Source: Candidatus Gastranaerophilales bacterium (GTDB taxonomy: Bacteria; Cyanobacteriota; Vampirovibrionia; Gastranaerophilales; Gastranaerophilaceae). From it: 64,000 bases of DNA. This document shows positions 19,983 through 31,044 of the stretch, piece by piece; the first letter of the stretch is position 1; each line of letters opens with the position of its first letter. The translations under genes were made by a program, and so were the position numbers. The stretch spans positions 182,069 through 246,068 of the forward strand of contig JAQUVW010000003.1 of NCBI GenBank assembly GCA_028693235.1, written 5' to 3'. The notes beneath the pieces were generated by a model. The model did no database searches. It had not been told where the DNA came from and worked only from the letters and a program-made list of their open reading frames with translations.

Positions 19983-21500
19983 TTAACTGAATAAGTTAGC
20001 TTTAAATTTGTCGATATGTTCTTTTAAATTAGCCTTGTCTTCATCACTCAAAGCAGCTCCATCATTTAATCTTACCGCTAAGTCTTGAAGATTTGCATCA
20101 AAGTATTCAAACCAATCTTTTTTGAATTTCACCATATTTTTATTATCGATATTATCCAAGAAGCCTTCGTTGACCGCAAACAATATGCTGACCTGTTGAG
20201 CAACACTCAATGGTGAATACTGCGGCTGTTTCAACACTTCAGTTAGTTTTTGACCTCTTAACAATTGGTCTTGAGTCGTTTTATCAAGGTCACTTGCAAA
20301 CTGAGCAAAAGCCTCAAGTTCTCTAAACTGAGCCAAGTCAAGCCTCAACTTACCTGCAACTTGCTTAATAGCTTTTGTTTGAGCGGCTCCGCCTACACGT
20401 GATACCGAGATACCTGCGTTAATAGCCGGTCTCATACCTGAGTTAAACAAACCTGTTTCCAAGAATATTTGCCCGTCTGTAATAGAAATTACATTGGTCG
20501 GAATATACGCTGAAACGTCACCTGCTTGAGTTTCGATGATTGGCAAAGCTGTGATACTTCCACCACCTAACTCATCATTCAATTTTACAGCTCTTTCAAG
20601 CAATCTTGAATGCAAGTAGAAAACATCACCTGGGTAAGCTTCACGACCTGGTGGTCTACGAAGAAGCAAACTCATTGCACGGTATGCCTGTGCGTGTTTG
20701 GTCAAATCATCATATATAATTAAAACAGCTTTACCCTGTTCCATAAATTCTTCTGCAATGGCAACACCTGCAAATGGAGCAATATATTGTAAAGGTGCAG
20801 ATTCGTTAGCGGTAGCTGAAACAATAATTGAATAATCCATTGCTCCGTATTTATCTAATGTTTTCGCTAATTGAGCAACCGTTGATGCCTTTTGACCTAT
20901 TGCAACATATATACAAATAACATCTTGCCCTTTTTGATTGATAATAGTATCAATAGCAATAGCAGTTTTGCCTGTTTGCCTATCGCCAATTATAAGTTCA
21001 CGTTGACCACGACCGATTGGAGTTAAGGCATCAATCGCTGTAAGCCCTGTTTGCAAAGGTTCGTGAACCGATTTTCTTGCAACTATACCTGGGGCTACTT
21101 TTTCGATTGGTCTTGTTTTGTCTGATGTGATATCACCTTTTCCATCTATTGCTTTTCCTGTAGGGTCAATTATTCTACCGATTAAAGCATCGCCAACCGG
21201 TACAGAAGCAATTCTGCCCGTTGTTTTTGCTATCATTCCTTCTTTAATTTGAGAATATTCTCCTAAGATTACAACACCTGCATTATCTTCTTCAAGGTTT
21301 AAAATAATCCCGAGAGTGCCTTTTCCGTCATCAAATTCAATAAGTTCACTCGCCATTGCATTTCGCAAACCGTAAATACGAGCGATTCCGTCACCTACCT
21401 CAAGCACTGTGCCAATGTTATTAACATCAACTGCACTTTGATAGTTTTGAATTTTGTTTCGGATAATAGATGTAATTTCATCCGGTCGAATTGTTGACAT
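19983..21500 (-). CDS. atpA: F1 ATP synthase alpha subunit
   Basis: 505 aa; Walker A GDRQTGKT; full-length alpha-type sequence. Confidence 0.97.
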   Translation of the reverse strand: MSTIRPDEITSIIRNKIQNYQSAVDVNNIGTVLEVGDGIARIYGLRNAMASELIEFDDGKGTLGIILNLEEDNAGVVILGEYSQIKEGMIAKTTGRIASVPVGDALIGRIIDPTGKAIDGKGDITSDKTRPIEKVAPGIVARKSVHEPLQTGLTAIDALTPIGRGQRELIIGDRQTGKTAIAIDTIINQKGQDVICIYVAIGQKASTVAQLAKTLDKYGAMDYSIIVSATANESAPLQYIAPFAGVAIAEEFMEQGKAVLIIYDDLTKHAQAYRAMSLLLRRPPGREAYPGDVFYLHSRLLERAVKLNDELGGGSITALPIIETQAGDVSAYIPTNVISITDGQIFLETGLFNSGMRPAINAGISVSRVGGAAQTKAIKQVAGKLRLDLAQFRELEAFAQFASDLDKTTQDQLLRGQKLTEVLKQPQYSPLSVAQQVSILFAVNEGFLDNIDNKNMVKFKKDWFEYFDANLQDLAVRLNDGAALSDEDKANLKEHIDKFKANLFS

Positions 21501-21510
21501 AATGTATTCC

Positions 21511-22059
21511 TTATATTAATTGTTTTTGCAAACCTTTTAGTTTTGTTTTCAAACTTGAATCGATAATTTTTCCGTTAATATCTATCACCAAACCTGCAAT
21601 GATTTCGGGATTTATAAGGTAATCAGCTATAACTTTTTTTTGCGTTTTGTTTTCAATTTTGGAAATTAACTTATTTTTCAAATCACCATTCATTTCAACT
21701 GCAGATGTAACTTTGATTTTTAAAATATTATTCATTTCATCCAGCATCTCAATATAATTTGAAACAACAGACTCAAGGACGTCAAATCGTTTATTTTCAA
21801 GAAGCAATACAAAGAAATTGTAGACTATATTTGAAACATTTTCTTTAAAAATGGTATTTATTGCATCGATTTTGTCCTCTGTAGAAATTATTGGATTTTC
21901 CAAAAAATCCTTCAAATCAGGTGATTGTTTACAAGTATCAACGACAAATTTCAAATTTGATAAGACTTCATCCTGCATTGAAGAAGCCTTTGCTTCATCA
22001 AATAGAGCTTTTGCATACCTTTTTGCTATTCTATTTTGTTTTAAATTAATATTCGCCAT
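21511..22059 (-). CDS. atpH: F1 ATP synthase delta (OSCP) subunit
   Basis: 182 aa; position between b and alpha; OSCP-like N-terminus ([11 protein letters not shown]). Confidence 0.85.
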   Translation of the reverse strand: MANINLKQNRIAKRYAKALFDEAKASSMQDEVLSNLKFVVDTCKQSPDLKDFLENPIISTEDKIDAINTIFKENVSNIVYNFFVLLLENKRFDVLESVVSNYIEMLDEMNNILKIKVTSAVEMNGDLKNKLISKIENKTQKKVIADYLINPEIIAGLVIDINGKIIDSSLKTKLKGLQKQLI

Positions 22060-22562
22060 TATAAACCTGCTCCATCGAGTTCATCTATAGCTTCCATGAT
22101 GAATTTTGTATGCAAATCCATATCTTGAGCCAACATATTTTTCATATTTTTTGTAGCAAGCTCAATTGAAGCACCTGAAACTCCTTTGGTCAAAGCCGAA
22201 GTAATCTTGTTACGTTCTGAGTCTACAGCCTTTTCAACTCCATCTTCAATGTGTTTAATTTGTTGAGTTGCCTCATCTAGAATTTTTGATTCTAAAGATT
22301 TCAAGCTGTTTTTAGCAATATTTTCAATGTTTTCAAGCTCTTTAGGAAGGGCTTCTCTTTCAATTTCAGCTGATTTCAAATTTTTATGTGCAGACTTTTT
22401 CTTATTTTCAGATAACTTAATACCTGTTTCTATTTTTGTCCTCAAATTTTCTACTGCATCAGCAACATTAAGCTTTTTGAGAACATAAACAATTAAAGCA
22501 ACCAAGATTGCAAAATTAAGAGTATTTGAATGCACTATATTTGAAAAAGATAAATCAAGCAT
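22059..22562 (-). CDS. atpF: Fo ATP synthase subunit b
   Basis: 167 aa; N-terminal TM helix then long charged helix; second of two tandem b-type genes. Confidence 0.8.
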   Translation of the reverse strand: MLDLSFSNIVHSNTLNFAILVALIVYVLKKLNVADAVENLRTKIETGIKLSENKKKSAHKNLKSAEIEREALPKELENIENIAKNSLKSLESKILDEATQQIKHIEDGVEKAVDSERNKITSALTKGVSGASIELATKNMKNMLAQDMDLHTKFIMEAIDELDGAGL

Positions 22563-23028
22563 TTTTCATTGCCTCATTGACTAGATTTTCATCGTATTCA
22601 AAATTATCGACGTTTTTTCCCAAGATTTTTTCAGCAACATTTTTAGATAAGTCATAAACGCTGTTTTTTAATTCATTTGAGGCTTGTTCTTTTTCTGTTG
22701 ACAAGTTAGCTTTAGCCTCTTGAATCTTATCTTTAGAAGTTTTGGTTGCATTTTGAATAAGATTTTCTTTATTTTTCTTAGACTGCTCAACGCCATCAGA
22801 AACAAGCTTGCGAGAATTTTTTTGAGCACCAACAATCTTTTCATTTTTGTCATCTAAAAGGGCTTGAGTTTTTTCTTTAACAGAATTTGCCTCATTATAA
22901 TTATCATCAATATAAGCTTTTCTTTCGTCCATGATTTTTTTGACAGGCTTATAGAATATCCAATTCATTATCAAAGTGAATATTATAAAACTTACAGCTG
23001 AAATTATAAAAGTAGCATTAAATTCCAT
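22555..23028 (-). CDS. atpF2: Fo ATP synthase subunit b'
   Basis: 157 aa; same TM-plus-coiled-helix architecture; sits between c and b as in cyanobacterial atp1 operons. Confidence 0.75.
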   Translation of the reverse strand: MEFNATFIISAVSFIIFTLIMNWIFYKPVKKIMDERKAYIDDNYNEANSVKEKTQALLDDKNEKIVGAQKNSRKLVSDGVEQSKKNKENLIQNATKTSKDKIQEAKANLSTEKEQASNELKNSVYDLSKNVAEKILGKNVDNFEYDENLVNEAMKNA

Positions 23029-23034
23029 TTTTTA

Positions 23035-23280
23035 TTATCCAATCATACCTGACAATTTCAATGCGATAATCAATGCATAAATGGCACAAGCTTCTGCCAA
23101 AGCAGCACCTACCAAGAAGAAGCCGACTGCTTTGCCTGCGACTTCAGGTTGTCTTGCGATAGCGTCCATAAGACCTTTTGTTGCAATACCTATTCCAAGC
23201 CCTGCACCAATAGCACCAAAGCCGATTGCGACACCTGCTCCTAATTGAGCTAAATCTGAAATTGTTTGTACATCTGCCAT
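23035..23280 (-). CDS. atpE: Fo ATP synthase subunit c
   Basis: 81 aa hairpin proteolipid with ARQPE loop and conserved carboxylate helix (LAEACAIYAL). Confidence 0.95.
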   Translation of the reverse strand: MADVQTISDLAQLGAGVAIGFGAIGAGLGIGIATKGLMDAIARQPEVAGKAVGFFLVGAALAEACAIYALIIALKLSGMIG

Positions 23281-23300
23281 ATTTTTTCTCCTTTTACAAA

Positions 23301-23984
23301 TTAATGTTCATCTGAAACTGCTGACGAAACATAAACAAGCGTCAACATAGTAAATACAAGTGCTTGAACTGTAGCCACAAGCAACTCAAATATCATTATC
23401 GGCAATGGTAACAAATATGCAAATATACCGATTAATGCCGTAATAAGTATCTCGCCTGCCAAAACATTTCCAAATAACCGTAAAGCCAATGTCAACGGAC
23501 GAGTAATCATTTCTAACAAGTCAACCAAGGTCAATATTATTTTATCAAATCCAAAGCCGTGGAATATAAGTTTGAAACCTTTTTTGCGAATTCCCGCAAA
23601 AACATAATATATCAAAACAATTATAGCTAAGGCACCTGTCAAATTTATATCGTTAGTCGGGGAAGCAAACTCTCCAGCCTTTAAATGATAGAGTTTCCAA
23701 GGCAATTGCCCCATCAAATTTGAGACCAATATAAACAAAAACAACGAAGCAACCAAAGGAACATGTTTAGCACCCTCTTTTCCGCCAATCATCATATCCG
23801 TCAGCCCATAAAAAGCACCTAAAATGCCTTCTGCAAGAGCTTGGAGTTTGTTTGGGATTAATGCCAATTTCCTTGTTGCGAGCAAAGCAAACAAAATCAA
23901 TACAGCCATAGCTATCCACATAGTAGTAACAGTATCCATATTTACTGCCCATGAACCTATGTGCGTTACCCAATGCTCGCTCAT
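23301..23984 (-). CDS. atpB: Fo ATP synthase subunit a
   Basis: 227 aa polytopic protein with LALRLFGNVLAGE motif (essential Arg). Confidence 0.92.
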   Translation of the reverse strand: MSEHWVTHIGSWAVNMDTVTTMWIAMAVLILFALLATRKLALIPNKLQALAEGILGAFYGLTDMMIGGKEGAKHVPLVASLFLFILVSNLMGQLPWKLYHLKAGEFASPTNDINLTGALAIIVLIYYVFAGIRKKGFKLIFHGFGFDKIILTLVDLLEMITRPLTLALRLFGNVLAGEILITALIGIFAYLLPLPIMIFELLVATVQALVFTMLTLVYVSSAVSDEH

Positions 23985-24063
23985 ATATTTACCTCATAAG
24001 AGAGTGTATCTACCTATAAAAGATACTAACCTTTTATAACTTCGATTAGTTTACCACTATTAA

Positions 24064-24531
24064 TCACTTTTTGGCAATCTTTTTTTGTTCAATTTTTAAC
24101 AAATATTTTTTAACTTCTATCGCCAAAGAGAATCCACCGATTTTGCCTGTTGAAGAAATAACCCTATGGCAAGGAATGATGATAGGTACAGGATTTTTCC
24201 CTGTCGCATTGCCAACTGCTCTAGAAGCTTTTTCTACGCCGATTTTCTTTGCCAAATCAGCATAAGAGATTGTAGTTCCATAAGGAATTAGAGATATTTC
24301 CTGCCAAACTTTCTGCTGAAAAACAGTTCCAAAAGATATTTCTATTGGAATTTCAAAATTTTCACGTTTAACATTTAAATATTCTTCAATTTGTTTTATT
24401 ACAAAATTGTTAAACTCACAATTTACAAACTCGCTATATAAATTAATATTAGCGTCAATTTTAACAAGCTTTTCCGCTTTTGAAACGATAACAAATTTGC
24501 CTATTTCTGAATTAAATAATGTCGTTTTCAT
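24064..24531 (-). CDS. ogt: Methylated-DNA--protein-cysteine methyltransferase
   Basis: 155 aa; active-site PCHRV and upstream YGTTISYADLA HTH segment. Confidence 0.9.
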   Translation of the reverse strand: MKTTLFNSEIGKFVIVSKAEKLVKIDANINLYSEFVNCEFNNFVIKQIEEYLNVKRENFEIPIEISFGTVFQQKVWQEISLIPYGTTISYADLAKKIGVEKASRAVGNATGKNPVPIIIPCHRVISSTGKIGGFSLAIEVKKYLLKIEQKKIAKK

Positions 24532-24553
24532 AAAATTATTGTATCATTATTCC

Positions 24554-26926
24554 ATGGCTAAAACACATATTACAATAATATTTGTCCTGTATTATATTCT
24601 TGGAATTATAGCATTTTTCCAAGGACAAATACCTTTATTTACAACTGTTTTATTAATTTTGACATTATTTTTAATCTTTAAAAACATAATAAATGCAAAA
24701 TCTGGAGTTATTTTCGCAATATTATTTGCTTTTGGCGTTATAAACACTGATTTGCATATCAACGACACTGATGCCATTTACAATTACGCTCCAAGTACCG
24801 CAACAATAAAAGCGAGAATAGTCAGCATACCAACCTCTAACAGTAAATTTCGCTCAAAATTTTACGCAAAAATACAAGAAATAACCCCGCTGTTTGAAAA
24901 AGCACAAGCCACAAAGGCTAAAACTATTGTTACAATATACGATTCACCGCAAAAATTAAACACCCTCAAAATAGGCGATACAATTGAGGTTAAAGGTAAA
25001 TTAATAAAACCGCAACCGGCAGGAAATCCTTATCAATTTGATTACGCAAAATATTTGAAAAATGTAAATACTTATACCTTATTTATCGCTCAAGAAAACA
25101 GCTTCAAGACTATAAAAACTGCTGATACACCTTACTGGAAATTTTTACAAAATCTGAATGAAAAACGAAGCAAAATAATAACTATCCATAAAAATTACAT
25201 AAAAAGCCCAAACATTGAGCTCTTAGGCGGAATCGTTTTTGGCGATGATGCTGTAAATCCACCCGACAACTTAAAAGAATCTTTCCTTAACTCAGGCTTA
25301 CTACACATTTTGGCTGCATCAGGAATGAATGTGACTTTGATTTTCGGTATTTGGTTTTTCATCGCTCAAAAATTTAAAATACACTATAAATTATCAATTC
25401 TGACCGGCATTTTGCTTATAATCTTTTACACCTGTATGACAGGTTTTGGGCCTTCCATTATGAGAGCAACTCTAATGCTTATTTTCATATTACTCGGCAA
25501 ATTAATCAACAGAGACGCCGACACACTCTCCCTTTTGTTTTTTGTAGCTGGATTAATGCTTATCCTAGACCCTGCAATGATTAACAATATTGGTTTTCAG
25601 CTATCATTTGTGGTAACTTTCGGGCTTTTATTCACTTGCCCTGTAATATTTTCAAAAATAGAAAACAAGTTGTGGAACATAGTGGCAAGTGCAGTCCTTG
25701 TTCCTGTTATAGCTCAATTATACGCTGCTCCTATTCAGATGTACTACTTTAACACTTTTGCTTTATATTCCGTTTTGGCAAATATTGCCATTATTCCATT
25801 TTTGACATTAGTAAGTTTTGCCGGGTTCATAAGCTCAATAATTGCAATGATTCCAAGAGTCGGTATATTATTTTGTAGGCTTTCTGATTTTGTAATTAAT
25901 CCGTTCTTGACCTCAATTGTGAAAATTTCTGACTATTTTTCTCATTTGCCAAACGCATTAACTACAGTTATCCAACCATCATTTCTTCAATTATTCGTTT
26001 ATTATTCCGCTTTAATCTTAATAACTTCATATTTTATAAAAAAGTTTAACAAAAAAATTTTTATATTTATTTTAACAATAATACTCGTTCTTTTTTCTTT
26101 CTCAATATTTTCAAAACCGAATAACCACACAGAAGTAATCTTCTTCAACGTAGGTAACGCTGATGCTATTTTAATAAAAAGCCCGCACAACAAATATATA
26201 TTAATAGATACAGGCAAACAGCCGTACAAAATGGGCTCGTCATCTCAAGCTCAACAAATAATTTTAAAATACCTGAACTCAAAAGGAATAAAAAACCTCG
26301 ATACCCTTATCATCACTCACTACGACTCCGACCATGCCGGTGGTGCCATTCCTTTATTAAAAAATACAAATATAAAAAATATTTATGTAGCACAAAAAGC
26401 AAAAGAAACAAACCTCTCGGTAAAAATTAAGCAAGCTGCAAAAGACAAAAATATTTCGCTAAAAACAAATACTAACTGCACGATTTTGCAAGATAAAAAT
26501 TTTCTTATAGAAGATATTACTCCCATACAACACGGAACCTCAGACAATGAAGGCTCCAGAATAACCTTGCTTACTTCATACGGACAAAAAATATTATTTA
26601 TGGCTGATGCAAATGCTTTTACATTTAAGAAATTACCACAAGACAAAATTAAAAATATCAAAATAATCAAACTTGGTCACCACGGAGCAAAAAACACCGT
26701 AACAAGTGATATGCTTCAAAAGACAAGTGCTAAACAAATTGTAATTTCAACTGGTTACAACATATACGGTCACCCAAACAAAAACACCATAGAAACACTA
26801 AAAACAAACCAATCAGACATCTTAAGAACCGACCATTCAAATTGTATCAAAGCTGAAATAAACAAAAACGGCACAGAAATCTATGTATTTAATCAAACAC
26901 GAAAAAAATTCGAAAAACACGACTAA
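24554..26926 (+). CDS. comEC: DNA internalization competence protein ComEC/Rec2 with C-terminal metallo-beta-lactamase domain
   Basis: Polytopic competence domain plus MBL motif ITHYDSDHAGG; ATG 24554 (MAKTHITIIF) chosen because the track start 24407 overlaps ogt. Confidence 0.85.
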   Translation: MAKTHITIIFVLYYILGIIAFFQGQIPLFTTVLLILTLFLIFKNIINAKSGVIFAILFAFGVINTDLHINDTDAIYNYAPSTATIKARIVSIPTSNSKFRSKFYAKIQEITPLFEKAQATKAKTIVTIYDSPQKLNTLKIGDTIEVKGKLIKPQPAGNPYQFDYAKYLKNVNTYTLFIAQENSFKTIKTADTPYWKFLQNLNEKRSKIITIHKNYIKSPNIELLGGIVFGDDAVNPPDNLKESFLNSGLLHILAASGMNVTLIFGIWFFIAQKFKIHYKLSILTGILLIIFYTCMTGFGPSIMRATLMLIFILLGKLINRDADTLSLLFFVAGLMLILDPAMINNIGFQLSFVVTFGLLFTCPVIFSKIENKLWNIVASAVLVPVIAQLYAAPIQMYYFNTFALYSVLANIAIIPFLTLVSFAGFISSIIAMIPRVGILFCRLSDFVINPFLTSIVKISDYFSHLPNALTTVIQPSFLQLFVYYSALILITSYFIKKFNKKIFIFILTIILVLFSFSIFSKPNNHTEVIFFNVGNADAILIKSPHNKYILIDTGKQPYKMGSSSQAQQIILKYLNSKGIKNLDTLIITHYDSDHAGGAIPLLKNTNIKNIYVAQKAKETNLSVKIKQAAKDKNISLKTNTNCTILQDKNFLIEDITPIQHGTSDNEGSRITLLTSYGQKILFMADANAFTFKKLPQDKIKNIKIIKLGHHGAKNTVTSDMLQKTSAKQIVISTGYNIYGHPNKNTIETLKTNQSDILRTDHSNCIKAEINKNGTEIYVFNQTRKKFEKHD

Positions 26927-26928
26927 AA

Positions 26929-27741
26929 TCAGATATTATTGGATTTATTCAAATAAAATTTATTAGGAACATACCCGTCAACATTAAGTTTATAAAGCAA
27001 ATTGAGCCCTATCAAGGTCAAATCAGGATTTACATAATCAAATTGACGTACAAGATACTTACTGATAATAGAAGAATACCCACCGGTTGCAATAACTGTA
27101 GCTTTTTCGCCGAGTTCTTTTTCACATTGAGAAATCAAGCCATCCACCATAGCCGCATGTCCTCTGACGATACCTGAAAGCATTGCGTCTATAGTATTAT
27201 GCCCGATTGTATTTTCAGGAGCCTCGATATTAACTTTCGGCAATTTTGATGTAAATTCACTCAAAGCATCTGCTTGAATTTTCATACCTGCAGCAATTAT
27301 TCCACCGATAAACTCGTTATTTTTATTAACAATATCAAAAGAAGTAGCCGTCCCAAAATCAACAACTATAACAGGCGAACCATATAAAACAGAAGCAGCA
27401 AAACCATTCACAATTCTATCTGCACCTATTTCTTTAGGATTATCAATTTTTATACTTACACCCGTTTCAATTTTATGGCTAACAACAAGAGAATCAATAT
27501 TCAAATACTTTTTGACAGCAAATTGCAAACGGTCTGTCAACGGAAGCACAACACTCGAAATAATAGAAGTATCAATTTTGTCCAACAATCCCGAATCTTC
27601 CACAAGTTTCTTAATTATAATGCCATATTCGTCTTCAGAGCGTTTTTTATCAGAAGCAATTCTCCAAGATGTAACAAATTTGTCACCATCAAAGACACCT
27701 GCTGTTATCTGTGTATTTCCTATATCTAAAGCAAAAAGCAT
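26929..27741 (-). CDS. coaX: Type III pantothenate kinase
   Basis: 270 aa; ALDIGNTQIT phosphate-1 motif and ASKHA-fold pattern (VVDFGTATSFD). Confidence 0.9.
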   Translation of the reverse strand: MLFALDIGNTQITAGVFDGDKFVTSWRIASDKKRSEDEYGIIIKKLVEDSGLLDKIDTSIISSVVLPLTDRLQFAVKKYLNIDSLVVSHKIETGVSIKIDNPKEIGADRIVNGFAASVLYGSPVIVVDFGTATSFDIVNKNNEFIGGIIAAGMKIQADALSEFTSKLPKVNIEAPENTIGHNTIDAMLSGIVRGHAAMVDGLISQCEKELGEKATVIATGGYSSIISKYLVRQFDYVNPDLTLIGLNLLYKLNVDGYVPNKFYLNKSNNI

Positions 27742-27839
27742 TTTTTATTCCTCTGTTCTACTGCAAATATTTTATCAAAAAAACGATTTATGCTACAATA
27801 TTTGCGAAATATTTTTCGCAACTTAACAATAAGGCAAAT

Positions 27840-28136
27840 ATGAATATTCTTTTACAATCATTTCAAATACATTCTATGAGTATTTTTGAAGCGGCAATGC
27901 TTATCTGCTTCGGTGCAAGTTGGCCTTTTGCTGTTCGTAAAACCTTTTTAACCAAACAGGTTAAAGGTAAAAGCAAACTTTTTCTTAGCTTAATTATAAT
28001 AGGCTATATTTGCGGAATGATTCACAAAATACTTTACAGTATGGATATTGTATTTTGGCTGTATGTGATAAACTTATTATTAGTCGCCACAGACTTTGCA
28101 CTGGTTTTGAAATACAGAAAAGAGCAACAGGATTAA
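27840..28136 (+). CDS. Small three-helix membrane protein, function unknown
   Basis: ATG 27840 (MNILLQSFQ...) chosen; the upstream part of the track ORF overlaps coaX antisense. Confidence 0.45.
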   Translation: MNILLQSFQIHSMSIFEAAMLICFGASWPFAVRKTFLTKQVKGKSKLFLSLIIIGYICGMIHKILYSMDIVFWLYVINLLLVATDFALVLKYRKEQQD

Positions 28137-28138
28137 AT

Positions 28139-29089
28139 ATGAAAAAATCATTAATATTCAATTTACTATTTATAATAGCAATGGCAGGACTTTCACTCCC
28201 TGTTAATGCCGAAGAAACATCAACTTTAGCCCCGATTGATGACGTAACAATGGAAAGAATCAGTCGCATAGGTTTCGTCAAAATGTTTAATCAAGACCCA
28301 AAAGCTGAAATTGATGACTTTTTTCAAAAACACACAAAATATTCTACTAACAAAAAGCTTCAAAGACTTCAAGAAATGTATGCTGACAGCTTCGTAAACG
28401 CTGACGGCTTTGACAAAAAAACTTATTTCGATATGGTGGAAAAAACTTGGGAACTATATCCTGTTATGAACTACAGTTATTCAATCAAAGACATTATCCT
28501 TGACGGGGATTATGCAATAGTTCAACTCAAGGAAAATGCACAAGGTGAAGCGAAAGACAGCTTCGAAAATATAAACGAAAAAGGCATTGTCGAGTCCGAA
28601 TCTTACACTTTTTATTACTTACAAAAAATAAGCAAAGACTGGAAAATATTGTCCAGCACCATAATCAGCGAAACAACAGCTCTAAAATATGGCGACGCTA
28701 AAAATGCTAACGTAACAATTAGTGCCCCTCCGCAAGTTAAAGCAGGAGAATGCTATACAGCATCTTTAAACCTTGTTGCCCCTAAAGATACCATGGTTCT
28801 GGCCTCTATAAGCACAGAGCCCATTGTTTTCCCTCAAAAACAACCTCAAGATGTCTTTAGAAACGTAAAAAAAGATGGAATTTTAGAAAGAGTTTTCAAT
28901 GCAAATACTGACGGCTACAACGAATACGCAATAGCCTCCGTAGGAATTACTAAACCAACAATTAAACCGGGGAAAGATATCAAAATAGATATCTCTGGCA
29001 TGGCTTTTGTAATGTCAAGAATTAACGTTCTCAATGTAAAAGCACCAATAAGGAAAGCAAAAAATGAAACGCATTTCGCAATTAACTGA
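28139..29089 (+). CDS. Secreted protein, function unknown
   Basis: ATG 28139 gives a classical signal peptide MKKSLIFNLLFIIAMAGLSLPVNA-EE; no known motif. Confidence 0.5.
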   Translation: MKKSLIFNLLFIIAMAGLSLPVNAEETSTLAPIDDVTMERISRIGFVKMFNQDPKAEIDDFFQKHTKYSTNKKLQRLQEMYADSFVNADGFDKKTYFDMVEKTWELYPVMNYSYSIKDIILDGDYAIVQLKENAQGEAKDSFENINEKGIVESESYTFYYLQKISKDWKILSSTIISETTALKYGDAKNANVTISAPPQVKAGECYTASLNLVAPKDTMVLASISTEPIVFPQKQPQDVFRNVKKDGILERVFNANTDGYNEYAIASVGITKPTIKPGKDIKIDISGMAFVMSRINVLNVKAPIRKAKNETHFAIN

Positions 29090-29600
29090 TTATATTCTCA
29101 ATTTTTTCGCAAAATATGACAAAATTGACGTAAAAGCCCTAAAAATGATTGGCTTTTACATTGAAAAAACATTCTTGTTCATACTACTTGGCTTTACCGC
29201 CAAATATTACGCTTTGTATTGCACTGCACACAACATGTTCGTCGAGAACGAAAGAATGGAACTTACTGTTATGCAAAACACAGGAGCAGCTTTCAGTCTA
29301 TTTTCAAACGCTCCATGGCTTATCATTACGTTTTCAATATTCGTGCTTTTAGGAATTTTTTACTATATTATTAACGCCTACCAAACAAAAACTCCTTCAA
29401 AATTGTCAAGATTAAAATATAACGCCTTGGTACTTTTAACTGCAGGGATTTCAGGGAACTTGTTTGAACGAATATCTGACGGTTATGTAACCGATTATAT
29501 AAGATTAAAATATTTGAATTTCCCAATTTTCAATGCATTTGACATAATGATTACAATCGGAGCCATAATGTTGATTTGGGCAATTTATAAAGAGAAATAA
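29064..29600 (+). CDS. lspA: Lipoprotein signal peptidase (signal peptidase II)
   Basis: NTGAAFSLF and VTDYI...FNAFDIMITIG motifs containing the two catalytic Asp; the true start may be a later ATG. Confidence 0.8.
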   Translation: MKRISQLTDYILNFFAKYDKIDVKALKMIGFYIEKTFLFILLGFTAKYYALYCTAHNMFVENERMELTVMQNTGAAFSLFSNAPWLIITFSIFVLLGIFYYIINAYQTKTPSKLSRLKYNALVLLTAGISGNLFERISDGYVTDYIRLKYLNFPIFNAFDIMITIGAIMLIWAIYKEK

Positions 29601-29601
29601 A

Positions 29602-30525
29602 ATGCCTGAAATACTAACTTTTACCGCAACAGAAGATGAGGAAGGCAAAAGGCTCGACGCATTTTTGTCTGATGTAATTGAAAACAAATCTCGCTCTCAA
29701 ATTCAAGCATTAATCAAAAATTCACAAGTAAAGATTAATGGTTTAGACAAAAAGTCTGCGTATTTGCTCAAAGAAAACGATATAATTTTGCTCACATTAA
29801 GTGATGAAAAATCGATAATTATCGAACCGGAAAATATCCCTCTTGATATCCGCTACGAAGACGAAACAATGTTGGTGGTGAACAAGCCTAAAAATATGCT
29901 CACTCACCCGACCACTAAAGAAACAAGTGGGACATTAGTAAATGCTCTATTGTTCAAGTATAACTATGATGGGCTTTCCACCTTAAACGGCAAACTTCGC
30001 CCCGGGGTTATCCACCGCCTCGACAGAAACACTTCAGGACTTTTAATGATAGCGAAAACCGATTCTGCACACAATTTTTTAACAAAACAAATAAAAGAAA
30101 AAACTGCTATAAGAAAATATTTAGCAGTTATAAAAGGTAATTTAAAATCCCCTTCAGGCACTATAAAAACTGACATTGGACGTTCTAAAGCTCATCCTGA
30201 AAAAATGGCTGTTGTCGACACTGGGAAACCCTCAATAACACACTATAAAGAACTTGAACGCTTTAACGGTTACTCTTACATAGAGTTACAACTTGAAACA
30301 GGACGCACACACCAAATAAGAGTGCACATGAGCCATATTCATCACCCTATCGTTAATGATTCACTATACAACAATGCAAAAATAAAAGTGAAAACAACAG
30401 AACAAGTCCTTCAAGCCTATGACTTGACTTTTACCACACCTTTAAATAACACTGTAATTAATGTCAACATAGAACCTGACGAAGATATTAAAAAAGTATT
30501 GCGATTTTTAAGGAGTCAAAAATGA
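29602..30525 (+). CDS. rluD: RluA-family 23S rRNA pseudouridine synthase (RluD-like) with S4 domain
   Basis: HRLDRNTSGLL catalytic-Asp motif, TGRTHQIRVH motif, N-terminal S4-like RLD...S. Confidence 0.88.
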   Translation: MPEILTFTATEDEEGKRLDAFLSDVIENKSRSQIQALIKNSQVKINGLDKKSAYLLKENDIILLTLSDEKSIIIEPENIPLDIRYEDETMLVVNKPKNMLTHPTTKETSGTLVNALLFKYNYDGLSTLNGKLRPGVIHRLDRNTSGLLMIAKTDSAHNFLTKQIKEKTAIRKYLAVIKGNLKSPSGTIKTDIGRSKAHPEKMAVVDTGKPSITHYKELERFNGYSYIELQLETGRTHQIRVHMSHIHHPIVNDSLYNNAKIKVKTTEQVLQAYDLTFTTPLNNTVINVNIEPDEDIKKVLRFLRSQK

Positions 30526-30875
30526 AAAAAAATATATCAATTATTTTAGCTTTATTACTAATAGTCGGAATAAGCTATTTTTTAACACAAAATTTAGCCC
30601 CAACAATTACTCTATACTGCCCCTTTAAAAAAGGGGATTTCACTCTACCTTATTACCTTATAGCAACATCACACATAATAGAAGGCATTGTTTTGGGCAT
30701 ATTATTTTCAATAATATTTACAGCTAAAAATATCGACAATTTATCCGCCTACAAAAGAAAATGTGAAAAATTGTCCGTTCAATCTGATACCGATGACACT
30801 AAACTTAAAGCCTTGGAAACAAAAATTCAAACACTTGAAATAGCTCTCCAAAATGCATTGAAAAAAAATAATTGA
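30522..30875 (+). CDS. Small membrane protein with C-terminal coiled coil (LapA/DUF1049-like architecture)
   Basis: 117 aa, two TM helices then KLKALETKIQTLEIALQNALKK; ATGA overlap with rluD. Confidence 0.4.
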   Translation: MKKNISIILALLLIVGISYFLTQNLAPTITLYCPFKKGDFTLPYYLIATSHIIEGIVLGILFSIIFTAKNIDNLSAYKRKCEKLSVQSDTDDTKLKALETKIQTLEIALQNALKKNN

Positions 30876-31044
30876 AATATTACCAAACATTAAGGCTAAA
30901 AGTACCCCTAATCAATATAAATTGTTGACATTAGGCTTTGCTTATAGTTTTATATAGATAATTGGTTTAATGTCATGTTTAAGTTGTGCTGAACAAGAAA
31001 TATGATAAATAAGTGAAAAAACAACAATTACATAAGGAGAAATT

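Noticed and set aside
24407-24553. Upstream extension of comEC given in the ORF track
   Set aside because: The extension overlaps the 5' end of ogt on the opposite strand. ATG 24554 gives a sensible membrane N-terminus.
28010-28138. Upstream extension of the secreted-protein ORF, and likewise 27711-27839 for the small membrane protein
   Set aside because: The extensions overlap neighbouring genes. The internal ATGs yield a classical signal peptide or TM start.
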